Made by a program: the position numbers and the translations under genes. A stretch of DNA of 64,000 nucleotides from an uncultured Candidatus Poseidoniales archaeon (GTDB taxonomy: Archaea > Thermoplasmatota > Poseidoniia > Poseidoniales > Thalassarchaeaceae). Numbering within the stretch: position 1 is the stretch's first letter; every line of letters begins with the position of its first letter. The stretch covers positions 66,468 through 130,467 of the forward strand of contig CACELO010000002.1 of assembly GCA_902560445.1 (NCBI GenBank), in the 5' to 3' direction. Shown piece after piece: positions 62,555 through 64,000 of this stretch. A model generated the notes under the pieces. The model was given only the letters and a program-made list of their open reading frames with translations. It was not told where the DNA came from and made no database searches.

Positions 62555-63814
62555 ATGAATGAGCGAGAACTCATCTATGATTGGAACATCATAGACTACG
62601 AAATACAACGCGATTCTGCTAACCACCCACATGGTGTTTGGTTCGATGATGAAACCCTGAGAGATGGGCTACAAAGCCCGAGTGCGCGTAATCCAACCAT
62701 AGAGCAGAAAATCGAATTAATTGATTATATGGAAAGGCTAGGAATTCAGAAAGTGGATCTTGGCCTTCCCGGAGCCGGCCCATTTCATGTTAGTCACATA
62801 GATGCAATGCTTACCCACATGGGCGAGAATGGTTACGATTTGAGACCGGGGTGTGCTGTTCGGACCGTTGTTGGAGATATCGAACCGCTAGTAGATTTGC
62901 AAGCCAAGCACGAGAGACAGATTCAAGCAAGTGCATTCCTAGGAACAAGCCCCATTAGACAATTTGCAGAAGGTTGGACCATGGAACGAATCCTAAGTAC
63001 GGCCGAGAAAGCAGTTACCTTTGCGGTTGACAACGATATCCCTGTGATGTTCGTTACTGAGGATACCACTCGCTCAAAGCCCGAAGAAATCAAGGCTGTT
63101 TATACTAGAGCAATAGAATTGGGCGCCGACAGAATTTGTATTTGCGACACCTGTGGTCATGTGACTCCTAACGGAGTGCGCAAATTACTTTCTTTTATTC
63201 AAGACGAAGTTATTCCTGACGCAGCAGTGAAACGTAGAGATATCGAAGTCAATTGGCATGGTCACCAAGACAGAGGTTTGGGTGTTGCAAACAACCTCGC
63301 GGCTGTTGAAGTTGGGGCGGATGTAATTCACGGAACTGCATTGGGTGTAGGAGAAAGAGCAGGGAATGCTCCACTGGATCAAACCCTAGTCAATCTCTCA
63401 CTGATGGGAGTTATCGAAAATGACCTAACTGCCCTAAATGAATACATGAGAAAGGCTCATGAGTATGTCGAAGTAGCTCTCCCTCGGAATTACCCTGTCT
63501 TTGGAGAAGATGCCTTTGAAACTGGCACTGGAGTACATGCTAGCGCGGTAATCAAGGCTATGAAAAAGGGAGATCATTGGTTAGCAGACCGTGTATACTC
63601 AGGAGTACCTGCTCAGGATTATGGCCTTCAGCAAGTTATTCGAATTGGACATATGAGTGGGCGTTCAAACATTATCTGGTGGTTGAAAGAAAATGGTTAT
63701 CAAGCAGATGACGATTTAGTCGCTCATATGTTTGAGGTAGCAAAAAATCAGCGCCGGTTGATGGATGATGAAGAAGTTCATCATGCTATATCAGAATACA
63801 ATCAAAACAACTGA
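62555..63814 (+). CDS. 2-isopropylmalate/homocitrate/citramalate synthase-family enzyme (DRE-TIM metallolyase)
   Basis: 'DDETLRDGLQS' and 'HGHQDRGLGVANNLAAVEVGADVIHGTALGVGERAGNAPL'. The start is moved to ATG 62555 (GGAGGG upstream). Substrate not assignable by eye. Confidence 0.75.
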   Translation: MNERELIYDWNIIDYEIQRDSANHPHGVWFDDETLRDGLQSPSARNPTIEQKIELIDYMERLGIQKVDLGLPGAGPFHVSHIDAMLTHMGENGYDLRPGCAVRTVVGDIEPLVDLQAKHERQIQASAFLGTSPIRQFAEGWTMERILSTAEKAVTFAVDNDIPVMFVTEDTTRSKPEEIKAVYTRAIELGADRICICDTCGHVTPNGVRKLLSFIQDEVIPDAAVKRRDIEVNWHGHQDRGLGVANNLAAVEVGADVIHGTALGVGERAGNAPLDQTLVNLSLMGVIENDLTALNEYMRKAHEYVEVALPRNYPVFGEDAFETGTGVHASAVIKAMKKGDHWLADRVYSGVPAQDYGLQQVIRIGHMSGRSNIIWWLKENGYQADDDLVAHMFEVAKNQRRLMDDEEVHHAISEYNQNN

Positions 63815-63849
63815 TTAATTAGTGATTTGAGGCGATGCGTTGACCACCC

Positions 63850-64000
63850 ATGCATCGGCAACGGCTAAAACCCCTACAACGTCGAATCCGACCCATGCGT
63901 ACGATAGCGATGCTCTTTGTTCTGATGCTTGTATCACCTGTCGGGGCAACTACTGGTGAAGGGCAAAATAACAATATTGACTTTGAAGTGAGTGGAGAGA
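63850..64000 (+). CDS. 5' part of a secreted protein (runs off the window)
   Basis: My own translation: MHRQRLKPLQRRIRPMRTIAMLFVLMLVSPVGATTGEGQNNNIDFEVSGE..., a basic n-region plus a hydrophobic core. The reading frame is open to the window end. Confidence 0.35.
   Translation, partial: MHRQRLKPLQRRIRPMRTIAMLFVLMLVSPVGATTGEGQNNNIDFEVSGE

Noticed and set aside
1-64000. Search for CRISPR arrays, IS elements/transposases, integrases, prophage genes, toxin-antitoxin pairs, rRNA.
   Set aside because: I saw no direct-repeat/spacer arrays, no terminal inverted repeats flanking ORFs, and no DDE/tyrosine-recombinase motifs in any ORF-track protein. The two tRNAs are not flanked by integrase genes or obvious att-like duplications.

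Overview
This 64-kb window reads as an archaeal chromosome segment. The evidence is Rpo6/RpoK, Gar1, the archaeal ADH-synthase/DHQ-synthase-II entry to the shikimate pathway with a GHMP-type shikimate kinase, a tRNA-Gln with an A1-U72 pair, PGF-CTERM tails and an NFACT/Rqc2 homologue. I infer, without proof, a marine planktonic Thermoplasmatota (Marine Group II-like) aerobic heterotroph: the window has giant acidic surface proteins, heme A/heme O biogenesis, a bacterial-type gpsA, and Shine-Dalgarno-like GGAGG sites.

The window is densely coding, with about 50 CDS and 2 tRNAs (Leu-UAG, Gln-CUG). I saw no rRNA, CRISPR array, transposase or integrase.

Housekeeping blocks:
- aroA'-aroB'-aroK-aroC operon
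- ahcY and acnA
- korAB 2-oxoacid:ferredoxin oxidoreductase
- thiolase, tryptophan 2,3-dioxygenase, a LeuA-like synthase
- rpoK-ctaA-ctaB
- a MoxR/DUF58/DUF4350 cluster

Most interesting region, about 21.8-30.8 kb:
- A PhnC/PhnE-type ABC importer sits with three paralogous substrate-binding lobes, one monolobal protein and one bilobal protein.
- Their motifs match eukaryotic transferrin (Fe ligands Asp/Tyr/Tyr/His, the carbonate-site SCHTG motif, conserved Cys pairs) rather than canonical PhnD.
- A ferritin-like protein and unknown acidic lipoproteins lie alongside.
- Four copies of a 16-bp palindrome, TTTAGG-N4-CCTAAA, sit at the promoters.
- I read this as a candidate undescribed archaeal transferrin-like iron-uptake regulon.

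Other notable items:
- A Gar1 fused to two RanBP2-type zinc fingers and an RGG tail.
- A His/Asp-rich dual-anchored surface protein next to a MacB-type ABC system whose ATPase carries a roughly 55-aa insertion.
- A 2161-aa FG-GAP surface protein.
- A Nudix-MBL fusion.
- gpsA in an archaeal context.

All homology statements come from motif recognition by eye; no searches were run.
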